Source of the DNA: Bacillota bacterium
Lineage (GTDB): Bacteria > Bacillota > Clostridia > Christensenellales > SZUA-584
Assembly (NCBI GenBank): GCA_023412005.1
Contig: JAEYOE010000033.1
Coordinates: forward strand, 23,344-87,343
Reading direction: 5' to 3'
Length of the DNA stretch: 64,000 bases
Position numbers and translations under genes: made by a program. Positions 37,506 through 47,898 of this stretch are shown here, in pieces (position 1 is the stretch's first letter; each line of letters starts with the position of its first letter). The notes below the pieces were generated by a model. It had not been told where the DNA came from, ran no database searches, and worked only from the letters and a program-made list of their open reading frames with translations.

Positions 37506-38981
37506 ATGAACAAAATGACTATGATCAGACCTGACAGCAAAACTATTGAACAGCTTGCGAAGTCGTTCAACACGATTCCCATCTGCAAGGAGGTTTACGC
37601 AGACATCGTCACCCCCATCGCGCTGCTGAGAAAGCTGGCGGCCATGAGCGAAAAGTACTTTCTGCTCGAAAGCGTGGAAGGCGGCGAAAAGTGGGCACGG
37701 TATTCGTTCTTGGGGCTGAACCCGGTGATGCGTGTGACCTGCCGTTCAGGATTCGTCACCATTGAAGGGAATGAAACGAAAACCGTCAAGACGGATAGAC
37801 CTCTTGATGTGGTGCGCTCGCTGCTGAAAAGCTACAACGCGCCGTCGCTGCCCGATATGCCTCCGTTTACAGGCGGTTTTGTGGGGTACTTCGCGTATTC
37901 GATGATCGGCTACACGGAGCCGGTGCTCAAGCTGTCTGATGGGGACGGCAACGATTTTGACCTGATGCTGTTTGACAAGGTGATCGCTTACGACCATCTC
38001 AAGCAAAAAATCTGCATCGTTGTGAACATGAACGCGGACAATGTGCTGGAAAACTACGGCCGGGCTGTTTCAGAAATTGAGAAGATCGTTCGCATCATAC
38101 AGGGGCGCGAGCCGGTGGCTCGCGTACACGGTGCGGTTAAGAGCGAATTTACCTGCAACGTGACAAAAGAAGACTACTGCGCGATGGTGGAAAAAACCAA
38201 GGCATATATTCGCGACGGGGATATTTTTCAGGCTGTGATATCGCGCCGCTTCACCAGCCCGTATCAGGGCAGCCTGATAAACGCGTACCGCGTGTTGCGC
38301 ACCATCAATCCCTCGCCTTACATGGTTTATATGCATTTCGATGATTTGGAGCTGATGAGCACCTCACCCGAAACACTGGTGCGGCTGCAGAACGGACGGC
38401 TTTCAACGTTCCCCGTGGCGGGGTCGCGCCCGCGCGGTAAAAACGACGCTGAAGATGCCGCTCTTGAAAAGGATCTGCTAGCCGACGAAAAGGAACTCTC
38501 GGAGCACAATATGCTGGTGGATCTTGCCCGCAACGACCTCGGGCGTATATCCGAAATCTCATCCGTTGAGGTGATGGACTATATGATGATTCACCGTTAC
38601 TCCAAGATCATGCACATCACCTCGCGTGTGGAAAGCAACCTGCTGCCCGAGCGTGACGCGCTGGATGCACTGGAGGCAATACTGCCCGCCGGAACACTCT
38701 CGGGTGCACCCAAAATACGCGCCTGCGAGATTATTGAAGAACTCGAGCAATCGCCGCGGGGCATATACGGCGGGGCTCTTGGGTACATCGACTTTACGGG
38801 CAATCTGGATACGTGTATCGCGATTCGTATGGCCGTGAAACGCGGTGGTACCGTCAGCGTGCAGGCAGGCGGCGGCATTGTGGCCGACAGCGTGCCCGAG
38901 CTTGAATATGAGGAATCCGGCAATAAGGCGCTCGCCGTGATGAGCGCCTTATTACGCGCAAACGAGGTGGACGACGAATGA
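37506..38981 (+). CDS. trpE: Anthranilate synthase component I
   Basis: Family-typical sequence (…YADIVTPIALLRKL…, LMSTSPETLVR, GAPKIRA.EII.ELE, RGIYGGALGY). The listed ORF start at 37398 lies inside the T-box/terminator, so the start is taken at the ATG at 37506 (37515 and 37521 are alternatives). Confidence 0.9.
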   Translation: MNKMTMIRPDSKTIEQLAKSFNTIPICKEVYADIVTPIALLRKLAAMSEKYFLLESVEGGEKWARYSFLGLNPVMRVTCRSGFVTIEGNETKTVKTDRPLDVVRSLLKSYNAPSLPDMPPFTGGFVGYFAYSMIGYTEPVLKLSDGDGNDFDLMLFDKVIAYDHLKQKICIVVNMNADNVLENYGRAVSEIEKIVRIIQGREPVARVHGAVKSEFTCNVTKEDYCAMVEKTKAYIRDGDIFQAVISRRFTSPYQGSLINAYRVLRTINPSPYMVYMHFDDLELMSTSPETLVRLQNGRLSTFPVAGSRPRGKNDAEDAALEKDLLADEKELSEHNMLVDLARNDLGRISEISSVEVMDYMMIHRYSKIMHITSRVESNLLPERDALDALEAILPAGTLSGAPKIRACEIIEELEQSPRGIYGGALGYIDFTGNLDTCIAIRMAVKRGGTVSVQAGGGIVADSVPELEYEESGNKALAVMSALLRANEVDDE

Positions 38982-39559
38982 TACTCTTAATCGATAATTA
39001 CGACAGCTTTACTTATAATTTATACCAACTCACCGCAAGCATCAATTCGGATATCAGGGTGGTGCGCAACGACGCGATGAGCGTGGAAGAGATTCAGGCA
39101 TTAAAGCCGTCTCACATATTGCTCTCCCCCGGCCCCGGCTACCCGAAGGATGCGGGTATCTGCGAGGATGTGATTCGCAGCCTGGGCGGCAGCGTGCCGA
39201 TTCTCGGCGTGTGCCTCGGGCATCAGGCCATCTGCGAGGTGTTCGGCGCGACGATATCGCACGCACGGCAGCTGATGCACGGCAAAAAAAGCCGTATCAC
39301 GCTCGACTCAACCAGCCCGCTTTTTGCGGGGCTGAGCGACTTCATCGACGCGGCACGCTACCATTCGCTCGTGGCGAAGGAAGACACCGTGCCGGATTGC
39401 CTTAAAGTGATCGCGCGGGATGATATCGGCGAAATCATGGCCGTGTGCCACAAAGAAATGACCATCTACGGTGTACAGTTTCACCCCGAATCCGTGCTGA
39501 CACCGCTGGGCGACGTGATACTTAAAAACTTTTTATCTCTGGAAGGAGGACGACAATGA
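38978..39559 (+). CDS. trpG: Anthranilate synthase component II (glutamine amidotransferase, TrpG/PabA type)
   Basis: MILLIDNYDSFTYNLYQ…GVCLGHQAI…QFHPES catalytic-triad context. Start overlaps the trpE stop by 4 nt. Confidence 0.95.
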   Translation: MILLIDNYDSFTYNLYQLTASINSDIRVVRNDAMSVEEIQALKPSHILLSPGPGYPKDAGICEDVIRSLGGSVPILGVCLGHQAICEVFGATISHARQLMHGKKSRITLDSTSPLFAGLSDFIDAARYHSLVAKEDTVPDCLKVIARDDIGEIMAVCHKEMTIYGVQFHPESVLTPLGDVILKNFLSLEGGRQ

Positions 39560-40569
39560 TACAGGAAGCGATACGACAGGCGATAGACAAAAAGGACTTG
39601 AGCTACGACACCGCTAAGGAATCAATGCGCGAGATTATGCACGGGCAAGCCACACAGGCTCAAATTGCCGCGTTTTTAACGGCGCTGCGCATGAAGGGCG
39701 AGAGCATCGACGAAATCACCGCGTGCGCGGCTGTGATGCGCGAATGCTGCACGCGGCTGCCGCACGATATGGAAGTGCTCGAAATTGTGGGCACGGGCGG
39801 AGACGAAGCGTTTACGTTTAACATCTCCACCGTGTCGGCGTTTGTTGTCTCGGCGGCAGGTGTGCCGGTCGCCAAGCACGGCAACCGCAGCGTATCAAGC
39901 AAATGCGGCGCGGCGGATCTTTTTGAAGCGCTGGGCGCGCGGATTGATATAACCGCCGAGCAAAGCGCCAAAATCCTTGCGGACATCGGCCTTTGCTTCA
40001 TGTTCGCGCCCGGCTATCACGCCTCAATGAAGCATGCGATGCCCGTTCGTCGCGAGATGGGCACAAGAACGATATTCAATATTTTGGGGCCGCTTTCCAA
40101 CCCCGCCTCTGCAACGATTCAACTGCTTGGCGTTTACGACGAAAAGCTGATTGAGCCGATGGCAAAGACGCTGCAGAACCTTGGCGTTCGCCGTGCAATG
40201 GTGGTGCACGGCAACGACGGCCTCGATGAAATTTCGCTGACCGCAACCTCGCAGGTTTGCGAGGTGAACGGTGATGCGATGACGCGCTATGAACTGAACC
40301 CGGGCGAGTTTGGGCTTGCGATGTGCAGGCCCGAAGATCTGGTGGGCGGCGATGCCGTCACGAACGCACAGATCGCGCGCGCCATTCTCTCGGGCAGCAA
40401 AGGCCCGAAGCGCGATGTGGTGATACTCAACGCGGGCGCATGCCTTTATATGGCGGGCAAGGCAGACAGCCTCGCGGGCGGTATGGCTCTGGCCGCACAG
40501 ACAATTGACAGCGGCAAAGCCGCAAATAAGATGGAGGCGTTTGTCCGTGCGACGAACGAGGTGCTATGA
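39556..40569 (+). CDS. trpD: Anthranilate phosphoribosyltransferase
   Basis: GTGGD, NISTVSAFV and KHGNRSVSSK.GAADL motifs. Start overlaps the previous gene by 4 nt. Confidence 0.95.
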   Translation: MIQEAIRQAIDKKDLSYDTAKESMREIMHGQATQAQIAAFLTALRMKGESIDEITACAAVMRECCTRLPHDMEVLEIVGTGGDEAFTFNISTVSAFVVSAAGVPVAKHGNRSVSSKCGAADLFEALGARIDITAEQSAKILADIGLCFMFAPGYHASMKHAMPVRREMGTRTIFNILGPLSNPASATIQLLGVYDEKLIEPMAKTLQNLGVRRAMVVHGNDGLDEISLTATSQVCEVNGDAMTRYELNPGEFGLAMCRPEDLVGGDAVTNAQIARAILSGSKGPKRDVVILNAGACLYMAGKADSLAGGMALAAQTIDSGKAANKMEAFVRATNEVL

Positions 40570-41351
40570 TACTTGAAAGAATTGCCGTTGCCACACGAAA
40601 GCGCGTTGCAGCAGCCAAGGCCGCCGTGTTTCCCGAGGCCATGAAGCAGCGCGCACTTGAGCTTCCTAAAAAAGAATTTGCGTTTGAGCGGGCTTTGCGG
40701 CAGCCCGGCATGGCCTTTATATGCGAAGTGAAAAAGGCGTCGCCGTCCAAGGGGCTGATCGCGCCCGACTTCCCGTATATTGATATCGCGCGGGATTATG
40801 AAGCCGCAGGTGCAAGCGCCATATCAGTGCTCACCGAGCCGGAGTATTTTCTCGGGAGCGACAGCTATCTCACCGAAATCAGAGCCATTTCCAATCTGCC
40901 GCTGCTGCGCAAGGACTTCACGGTGGATGAGTACCAGATTTACGAGGCCAAATCGATCGGCGCGGATGCGGTGCTGCTGATCTGCGCGCTGCTCGATACG
41001 GAAACGATACATCAATACCTCAACATTTGCGATTCTCTCGGTCTATCGGCGCTCGTTGAGGCGCACACCGCAAAGGAGGTTATATCGGCGCTGGATGCGG
41101 GCGCGCGCATTGTGGGTGTTAATAACCGCAACCTCAAAACGTTTGAGGTTAACATTGAAACATGCGAAACACTCCGGCCGATGGTGCCGCCAGACGTGGT
41201 ATTTGTGGCTGAAAGCGGCATTCAAACAAAGGGCGATATCACCCGCCTGACAAATGCGGGCGTGGATGCGGTGTTGATTGGCGAGTCGCTGATGCGCAGT
41301 ACCGACCGGCAGGCTGTTTTAAGGGCGTTGCGCCAAGGCGGCGACACATGA
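40566..41351 (+). CDS. trpC: Indole-3-glycerol-phosphate synthase
   Basis: ICEVKKASPSKG, LRKDF.VDEYQIYEA, VEAH and VGVNNRNL motifs. Start overlaps the previous gene by 4 nt. Confidence 0.95.
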   Translation: MILERIAVATRKRVAAAKAAVFPEAMKQRALELPKKEFAFERALRQPGMAFICEVKKASPSKGLIAPDFPYIDIARDYEAAGASAISVLTEPEYFLGSDSYLTEIRAISNLPLLRKDFTVDEYQIYEAKSIGADAVLLICALLDTETIHQYLNICDSLGLSALVEAHTAKEVISALDAGARIVGVNNRNLKTFEVNIETCETLRPMVPPDVVFVAESGIQTKGDITRLTNAGVDAVLIGESLMRSTDRQAVLRALRQGGDT

Positions 41352-41962
41352 GCAAAATAAAGATATGCGGCCTCTCCCGCCTGCAGGATATCGATGCCGT
41401 CAACGAAGCCCTGCCGGATTATATCGGTTTTGTGTTCGCTCCGAGCCCGCGGCAGATTTGCACCATGCAGGCCTCGGCTTTAAAAAAAACGCTTGACCGC
41501 CGTATTCAAGCCGTTGGCGTATTCGTGGATGCCGATATCGACAAAGTCACAGCGTTGGCACTTGACGGCATCATCGATATGATACAGCTGCACGGGCATG
41601 AAGACGCTCTATATATTAGGAAGCTAAAAAGAGCTGTCAGTGTTCCGGTTATCAAAGCGGTGCGCGTGCAGTGCGCTGAACAGATTATGGAGGCACAGCC
41701 TCTCGACTGCGATTATCTGCTGCTGGACACATGGCAAAAGGGTGTGCAGGGCGGCAGCGGCGTTACGTTTGACTGGTCGCTGATCCCGCAAGGCATCAAG
41801 CCGTATTTTCTGGCGGGCGGATTGAACGCGCAGAATATACTCAGAGCCGCACAGCTTAAGCCCTACTGCCTTGATGTGAGCAGCGGCGCGGAGACAGACG
41901 GCATAAAAGACAAAGACAAGATAGCAAAGCTTGTTCAACAGATAAGGAGGCAAGACAATTGA
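41348..41962 (+). CDS. trpF: Phosphoribosylanthranilate isomerase
   Basis: KICGL…DYIGFVF.PSPR…QLHG…LAGGL…DVSSG.E pattern. Start overlaps the previous gene by 4 nt. Confidence 0.9.
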   Translation: MSKIKICGLSRLQDIDAVNEALPDYIGFVFAPSPRQICTMQASALKKTLDRRIQAVGVFVDADIDKVTALALDGIIDMIQLHGHEDALYIRKLKRAVSVPVIKAVRVQCAEQIMEAQPLDCDYLLLDTWQKGVQGGSGVTFDWSLIPQGIKPYFLAGGLNAQNILRAAQLKPYCLDVSSGAETDGIKDKDKIAKLVQQIRRQDN

Positions 41963-43143
41963 GCAAAGGACGATTTGGCAAACACGGCGGCCGGTTCATA
42001 CCCGAAACGCTGATGAACGCCGTGATTGAACTGGAAGAAGCTTATGAGCATTATAAAAACGACAGCGCATTTTGCGAAGCATTTGACGCGCTGCTGAAAA
42101 ACTACGCGGGGCGGCCATCGCTGCTGTATTACGCGGAAAAGATGACGCGCGACCTCGGCGGCGCGAAAATCTATTTAAAGCGCGAAGACTTAAATCACAC
42201 AGGCTCGCACAAGATCAACAACGTGCTGGGTCAGGTGCTGCTCGCCAAGAAAATGGGCAAAACGCGCGTGATTGCCGAAACGGGTGCAGGGCAGCACGGC
42301 GTGGCCACCGCCACCGCCGCAGCCTTTATGGACCTCGAATGCGAGATATACATGGGCAAGGAAGACACCGAGCGTCAGGTTTTAAACGTGTACCGCATGG
42401 AGCTGCTCGGCGCAAAGGTGCATCCGGTGACGAGTGGTACGCAAACGCTCAAGGACGCGGTGAATGAAGCGATGCGCGAATGGACCTCGCGCATTGACGA
42501 TACGCATTACGTGATGGGCTCCGTGATGGGGCCACACCCGTTCCCCACCATTGTGCGCGATTTTCAGAGCGTGATCGGCAAAGAGGTGAAGCAGCAGCTG
42601 CTGGAAACCGAAGGCCGTTTGCCGGACGCGGTGGTGGCGTGCGTGGGCGGCGGCAGCAACGCAATGGGCTTGTTTTACGACTTTATTCCCGAGACAAATG
42701 TGCGGCTGATCGGCTGTGAAGCCGCCGGGCTGGGCGCGGACACACCCAAAACCGCCGCAACGATTGCGACGGGTTCACTCGGGATATTCCACGGTATGAA
42801 GTCTTACTTCTGCCAGGATGCTTTCGGGCAGATCGCGCCCGTTCACTCGATATCGGCGGGGCTGGATTACCCGGGCATCGGCCCCGAGCACGCGAACCTT
42901 TTTGACACGGGGCGCGCGCAGTACGTGCCCGTTACCGACGAGGAATCTGTCCAGGCGTTTGAGTATCTCTCGCGTACCGAGGGCATCATCCCGGCTATCG
43001 AAAGCGCGCATGCCGTGGCGTATGTGCAAAAAATAGCACCGACTATGAAAAAAGATCAGATTATCGTCGTTAACCTGTCAGGGCGCGGCGACAAGGACGT
43101 GGCAGCCATCGCGCGTTACAGGGGGGTGAATATCCATGAATAA
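41959..43143 (+). CDS. trpB: Tryptophan synthase beta chain
   Basis: [29 protein letters not shown] (PLP Lys) and [11 protein letters not shown] start at 41959 with AAGGAGG 7 nt upstream. Confidence 0.95.
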   Translation: MSKGRFGKHGGRFIPETLMNAVIELEEAYEHYKNDSAFCEAFDALLKNYAGRPSLLYYAEKMTRDLGGAKIYLKREDLNHTGSHKINNVLGQVLLAKKMGKTRVIAETGAGQHGVATATAAAFMDLECEIYMGKEDTERQVLNVYRMELLGAKVHPVTSGTQTLKDAVNEAMREWTSRIDDTHYVMGSVMGPHPFPTIVRDFQSVIGKEVKQQLLETEGRLPDAVVACVGGGSNAMGLFYDFIPETNVRLIGCEAAGLGADTPKTAATIATGSLGIFHGMKSYFCQDAFGQIAPVHSISAGLDYPGIGPEHANLFDTGRAQYVPVTDEESVQAFEYLSRTEGIIPAIESAHAVAYVQKIAPTMKKDQIIVVNLSGRGDKDVAAIARYRGVNIHE

Positions 43144-43915
43144 GCTGCACAAAGCGTTTGAAAACGGCAAAGCCTTTATCCCGTTTGTGACGGCGGGCGA
43201 CCCGAATCTGGATACCACCGAGCAGCTGGTGCTCGCAATGGCGCAGGCCGGAGCCGATTTGATTGAGCTGGGCATCCCATTTTCCGACCCGGTGGCCGAA
43301 GGCCCTGTGATTCAGCAGGCGGATGAGCGTGCGCTCGCGGCTGGCACCACGACCGACCGCATTTTCGAGATGGTGAGCCGCGTGCGCCAGAAGACCGACG
43401 TACCGCTCGCGTTTATGACTTACGCCAACCCGATATTCGTATACGGCGCGGAACCATTTATGCGCCGCTGCGCCGAGACCGGCGTGGATGCCGTGATTGT
43501 GCCCGATCTGCCGTTTGAGGAAAAGGATGAGCTGGCTCCCGCGTGCCGCACGCACGATGTGAAGCTGATATCGTTGATCGCGCCCACCTCCAAGGAGCGC
43601 ATCGGCTTGATTGCGTCGCAGGCCGAGGGCTTCGTGTATTGTGTGTCGTCACTTGGTGTAACGGGTGTGCGCAGCCAAATCAACACAGATTTAAGCCGAA
43701 TGATCGCCGAGGTCAAGGCGGTGCGCGATATCCCCTGCGCGATCGGTTTTGGCATATCCACACCCGAACAGGCGCGTGACATGGCAAAAGTGGCGGACGG
43801 CGTGATTGTCGGCAGCGCGATTGTGAAGATGGCCGCCAAGTTCGGCACAGGCTGCGTGCAGCCGATTGCGGACTATGTGCGCGAGATGAAACAAGCCACA
43901 GTATCAGGAGAATAA
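43136..43915 (+). CDS. trpA: Tryptophan synthase alpha chain
   Basis: [10 protein letters not shown]…[18 protein letters not shown]…GFGIS pattern. Start overlaps trpB by 8 nt. Confidence 0.95.
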   Translation: MNKLHKAFENGKAFIPFVTAGDPNLDTTEQLVLAMAQAGADLIELGIPFSDPVAEGPVIQQADERALAAGTTTDRIFEMVSRVRQKTDVPLAFMTYANPIFVYGAEPFMRRCAETGVDAVIVPDLPFEEKDELAPACRTHDVKLISLIAPTSKERIGLIASQAEGFVYCVSSLGVTGVRSQINTDLSRMIAEVKAVRDIPCAIGFGISTPEQARDMAKVADGVIVGSAIVKMAAKFGTGCVQPIADYVREMKQATVSGE

Positions 43916-43917
43916 TT

Positions 43918-44931
43918 ATGGTATTTGTATTGAAAAACGGCGCCAGCGAAGAGCAAATCGGCGCATTCGTTAAAAGAATTGAAGCGGACGGCTTCTCCAC
44001 TTTTTTAAGTACCGGCACGGAGCACACCGTCGTCTGCCTGATTGGCAATACGGCCACGGTGGATGTGGACCATGTGGTGCAGACCAATGACATTGTGGAA
44101 TACGGGAAGCGTGTGACGGAGCCATACAAAGCGGTGAACCGCACGGTGCATCCCGAAAACACGCTTGTCAGCGCAGATGGTGTCACGTTCGGCGAAGGGT
44201 TTTTCCACGTAGTGGCCGGGCCATGCTCGGTGGAAAGCGAAGAACAAATCATTGAGGTGGCCAAAGCGATTAAACGCAGCGGCGCGGCCATGCTGCGCGG
44301 CGGCGCGTTCAAGCCGCGCACCTCGCCTTACGCGTTCCCCGGGCTGCGCGAGGAGGGCATTCACCTGCTGCTCGCCGCCAAAAAGGAAACCGGGCTGCCG
44401 ATTGTCAGCGAGATTATGAACCAGACACAGCTGCCGATGTTTGAGGCTGTGGATATGATACAGATCGGCACGCGCAATATGCAGAACTTCGATCTGCTGC
44501 GCGAGGTGGGCCATAGCAAAAAGCCGGTGCTGCTCAAGCGCGGCTTTTCCAACACGCTGGAGGAGTTTTTGATGAGCGCGGAATACATCGTCGCCTCGGG
44601 CAACCCGAATGTGATACTGTGCGAGCGCGGCATCCGCACGTTTGAGACGATGACGCGCAACACGCTGGATCTCTCGGCGGTGCCGCTCTTAAAGCAAAAG
44701 TCGCATCTGCCGGTGGTAGTCGACCCGAGCCATGCGTCGGGGCTGCGCAGCCTTGTGCCTGCGCTGTCGCGCGCGGCGATTGCGGTCGGCGCGGACGGGC
44801 TGATCATCGAGGCTCACAACAACCCCGCCAAAGCGCTGTCAGACGGCGCACAGTCGCTGGATCTAAAACAGTTTGACGCACTGATGAGTGATTTGAAGCG
44901 CCGCGCCGCCTTTGAAGGCAAGGCCATGTGA
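43918..44931 (+). CDS. 3-deoxy-7-phosphoheptulonate (DAHP) synthase, type I-beta with an N-terminal ferredoxin-like regulatory domain
   Basis: The ~65-aa N-terminal extension ([26 protein letters not shown]…) is followed by a KDOPS/DAHPS core ([25 protein letters not shown]). It begins 3 nt after trpA. Confidence 0.9.
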   Translation: MVFVLKNGASEEQIGAFVKRIEADGFSTFLSTGTEHTVVCLIGNTATVDVDHVVQTNDIVEYGKRVTEPYKAVNRTVHPENTLVSADGVTFGEGFFHVVAGPCSVESEEQIIEVAKAIKRSGAAMLRGGAFKPRTSPYAFPGLREEGIHLLLAAKKETGLPIVSEIMNQTQLPMFEAVDMIQIGTRNMQNFDLLREVGHSKKPVLLKRGFSNTLEEFLMSAEYIVASGNPNVILCERGIRTFETMTRNTLDLSAVPLLKQKSHLPVVVDPSHASGLRSLVPALSRAAIAVGADGLIIEAHNNPAKALSDGAQSLDLKQFDALMSDLKRRAAFEGKAM

Positions 44932-44940
44932 GGTGGAATC

Positions 44941-45402
44941 ATGACAAGTGCTGTACAGATCGCGGAGCGCGGTGATTTGCCTGAGATACTCAGCGTTCAG
45001 AAAGCGGCGTTCTCCCCCATTGCGGTGATGCTGAATAAGGAGACGCTGCCCCCACTGCTGCAAACGCTCAGCGACATTGAAGCCGACTTTGAAAAACATC
45101 TGATATTGAAGTATACGCTAAACGGGCGCATTGCCGGCAGCGTCCGCGCCTATGCAGACGAGCAGAATGTGTGCCGGATCGGCAAGCTTGTGGTGCTGCC
45201 CGGCTTTCAAGGCTTTGGTATCGGCAAGGCGCTGATGCAGGCGGTTCATGAGCAATTCAGTGGCTGCGCCTCGTTTCAGCTGTTCACCAGCAAGAATATC
45301 GCGTACATTGTTGATTTTTATGAAAGGCTTGGGTATAAGGAAACGCGCAGCGAACCGTTTGAGGGCGACACGCTTGTGTTCTTGGAGCGCAAGAATTTTT
45401 GA
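44941..45402 (+). CDS. GNAT-family N-acetyltransferase
   Basis: 153 aa. VLPGFQGFGIGKALM matches the acetyl-CoA-binding Q/RxxGxG/A motif. GAGGTGG RBS, 9 nt after the DAHP synthase stop. Confidence 0.85.
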   Translation: MTSAVQIAERGDLPEILSVQKAAFSPIAVMLNKETLPPLLQTLSDIEADFEKHLILKYTLNGRIAGSVRAYADEQNVCRIGKLVVLPGFQGFGIGKALMQAVHEQFSGCASFQLFTSKNIAYIVDFYERLGYKETRSEPFEGDTLVFLERKNF

Positions 45403-45538
45403 TCTCATCACGGTGAAAGAACTTTCTTAGAAACGATTATAACGATGGCCATATTTGCCGACGGTTTCTGTCGTATCGATTGTTATTTAACAATAATCAT
45501 TGTATTATTTAATAAAATATACATAAGGAGGTTTTATT

Positions 45539-45982
45539 ATGGATTTAAAAGTTGAGAACAACTTGTCCAGTGAAGCTATTCGATCAAATGAGTATAACAT
45601 TTATAAATGCTTCAAATTATCACTTTTTAATGTCATAGTCAGTGCCTGCTTTCTCCTCATTGCATGCTTCATCTCAGATTTTTTTGATATCTATCCTGAC
45701 GAACTCATGCAGCTTCTAATCGTTTTCACGGCGATAGGTTTTTCATTTGTATTTATTTCGTTTATATATTTGGCAGTAAAAAGAAAGGATTCAGCAGTTG
45801 TTCTTTCTATGATCGCGGGAATCATCACACTCATATCCGTATTTGGTCTCGGTCTATACCTTGTTTCAGGCGGTGACGGCGGACATGTAACGCAAACAGA
45901 GCACGATACCGGCTTTGTTTTGTTGGTCTGGGCGATAAACGAGATTGCCATGATTATTATATTAGCAAAGAAAAAAAACTAA
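45539..45982 (+). CDS. Hypothetical membrane protein (about 4 TM helices)
   Basis: AAGGAGG RBS, an AT-rich gene and four hydrophobic segments. No family recognised. Confidence 0.55.
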   Translation: MDLKVENNLSSEAIRSNEYNIYKCFKLSLFNVIVSACFLLIACFISDFFDIYPDELMQLLIVFTAIGFSFVFISFIYLAVKRKDSAVVLSMIAGIITLISVFGLGLYLVSGGDGGHVTQTEHDTGFVLLVWAINEIAMIIILAKKKN

Positions 45983-46125
45983 AAAAAAGAACAGACCTCA
46001 CTCACCTGTATAGTCATTTCTTTCTTTAGGATATAAGAATTATTCCAATTAAAGCTTGACACGCGCTGGTTTTTATAAGAATATATATTATATATTACAA
46101 AATTATGACGAGGATGCGTGCCGAC

Positions 46126-47670
46126 ATGAGATTATTTCAGAAAAAGCGCAAAATACCCTTTGTCACCATCACCGTGTTCATGGTTGTGTTTGCGGTCAGC
46201 ATGTATGCGGCCTTTGCCGAAGATACCGTTGTGACCGACGCTAACCTAAAAACTGCGTTAACCACACTCGGTGCAGACGCAAACAGCGACACCATCATCA
46301 CATCTTCAGAAATGGCTGCGCTCACCGGCGATATCGATCTGTCGGGCAAAAGCATCTCTGATATTTCGGGCCTTGACTATGCCACGGGCGTTACATCGAT
46401 CAACCTTAAAAACAACACCATCCGGAGCATACAGCCTCTTGTCACGCTGGTTGGCGCACCGCATGCGTTAACAAGCGTTGATGTTTCCAACAACTATCTG
46501 GTTATTGCCGATGGCAGTGAGGACAAGCTCGCCGTTCAGGCAATCGCAGGCGCAGGCTGTACGGTCGTCAGCGACCCGCAAACAACCATACCGGCGGCCG
46601 GGGTCACCCTCAATACGAAAACATTACTGCTCGGCATCGGTGAAACCGCCGCACTGACGGCGGCGATCGCGCCCGATGATGCGGCCAACAAAGCCGCAAC
46701 TTGGTCTTCAAGCGACGAAAGCATAGTGACGGTATCAAACGGCACGGTGACCGCTGTGTCAGCAGGTACAGCCACCATCACAGCCGTTTCGTCGTCCAAC
46801 CCCTCCGTTTTTGATACCTGTGCCGTCACGGTGAAATCATACGCCATCGAAACCACCAAATACCCCATTGACCGCGCGCAAGGTGTTCTTAAAGGGGTGC
46901 CAAAGATGACCACCTCGGTCGAGTTCTTGAGCAACTTAAGAAACGCAACAGCGGATCTTGCCATATTAGATGCGGCTGGCAATCTTTGCGGAAGCACACC
47001 GATGAAAACCGGAATGACATTGGTTCTGAACGCAAACGGCGCCCAGCGCGATACATTGAAAATCGCCGTTAACGGCGACTGTAATGGCGATGGTACGGTC
47101 TCCGTTTCAGACTACACACTGGCCCGTCAGCACATTTTGGGGCTGAGAGCTCTCGACAGTGTGTCCAAAGCCGCTTGCGACATTAACGGAGACGGTAAGG
47201 TTTCCATTTCCGATTACACGTCGATGCGTTTGGATATTCTCGGGCTTAAGGCCATCACTCCTCTTCCCGATTTACCGGCAGTATCCGATTCGCGTATCAG
47301 GGCGTTCCTTGATATGGCACTGATGCAGCAGGGCAAGCCGTACGTTTGGGGGGCAATAGGCCCAGAGACTTTCGACTGTTCCGGCTATATCTATTACTGC
47401 CTCAAAAAAGTGGGATACAGTCTTGGCCGATCTACCGCCAGCACATACAGCAAAAACGATAAGTGGCAGTATATCCCGAGAAACCAGCTCCAGCCCGGAG
47501 ACCTGATGTTCTACTTCGATGACGATATGGCAACCATCGGGCATGTCGGCGTATACCTTGGCAACGGCTATCATATTCACGCCTCGTCGGATTACGGGTG
47601 TGTAATTATCTGCCGCGTTGAAGGCTGGTACGACAAAAGGCTGAGCCACGGCCGCCGCGTGTTCTTTTAA
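46126..47670 (+). CDS. Secreted NlpC/P60 (C40) cell-wall hydrolase with LRR, Big_2 and dockerin-type modules
   Basis: Signal-like N-terminus. Short LRRs (LSGKSISDISGL…INLKNNTIRSIQPL). Big_2 (VTLNTKTLLLGIGETAALTAAIAP…TWSSSDESIVTV). Two dockerin-type Ca-binding repeats (DCNGDGTVSVSDYTLARQHILGL; CDINGDGKVSISDYTSMRLDILGL). C-terminal GKPYVWGA..PETFDCSGY…GHVGVYLG catalytic Cys/His. Start is 46105 or 46126. Confidence 0.85.
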   Translation: MRLFQKKRKIPFVTITVFMVVFAVSMYAAFAEDTVVTDANLKTALTTLGADANSDTIITSSEMAALTGDIDLSGKSISDISGLDYATGVTSINLKNNTIRSIQPLVTLVGAPHALTSVDVSNNYLVIADGSEDKLAVQAIAGAGCTVVSDPQTTIPAAGVTLNTKTLLLGIGETAALTAAIAPDDAANKAATWSSSDESIVTVSNGTVTAVSAGTATITAVSSSNPSVFDTCAVTVKSYAIETTKYPIDRAQGVLKGVPKMTTSVEFLSNLRNATADLAILDAAGNLCGSTPMKTGMTLVLNANGAQRDTLKIAVNGDCNGDGTVSVSDYTLARQHILGLRALDSVSKAACDINGDGKVSISDYTSMRLDILGLKAITPLPDLPAVSDSRIRAFLDMALMQQGKPYVWGAIGPETFDCSGYIYYCLKKVGYSLGRSTASTYSKNDKWQYIPRNQLQPGDLMFYFDDDMATIGHVGVYLGNGYHIHASSDYGCVIICRVEGWYDKRLSHGRRVFF

Positions 47671-47686
47671 CGAATAGTCAATCAAA

Positions 47687-47722
47687 GCGGTATCATTGTG
47701 CAGTGATGCCGCTTTTTGTTTT
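47687..47722 (+). terminator. Intrinsic terminator after the NlpC/P60 gene
   Basis: GCGGTATCA (47687-47695) / TGATGCCGC (47704-47712) followed by TTTTTGTTTT. Confidence 0.75.
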
Positions 47723-47898
47723 GTAAAAAAGCGTTTCCGAATTAAAAAATAATTTACGTTGTAGAAAAGTATAAAATATGATAATATTTTAGTGTAATAT
47801 GGTAATTTGGAAGCATGGCAGCACGGTCTACTTTTGTTTAACGAGGGTAGAATGACTTCCAACATAGTACATACATATTTTGCAGGAGGGTAGTACGG

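Noticed and set aside
43713-44321. 202-aa minus-strand ORF, plus other antisense ORFs across the trp/aro genes (for example 44005..44514, 43070..43555).
   Set aside because: They are antisense to strongly supported, translationally coupled biosynthetic genes. Their composition (Arg/Pro/Ser-rich) is typical of shadow frames.
47799-47855. 18-codon upstream ORF (MVIWKHGSTVYFCLTRVE) containing one Trp, 43 nt upstream of the lyase gene. It is reminiscent of the TnaC leader peptide of E. coli tnaA.
   Set aside because: It has no Shine-Dalgarno sequence and no similarity to TnaC beyond a single Trp. The downstream enzyme looks TPL-like rather than tryptophanase-like. A chance ORF in AT-rich DNA is the simpler explanation.
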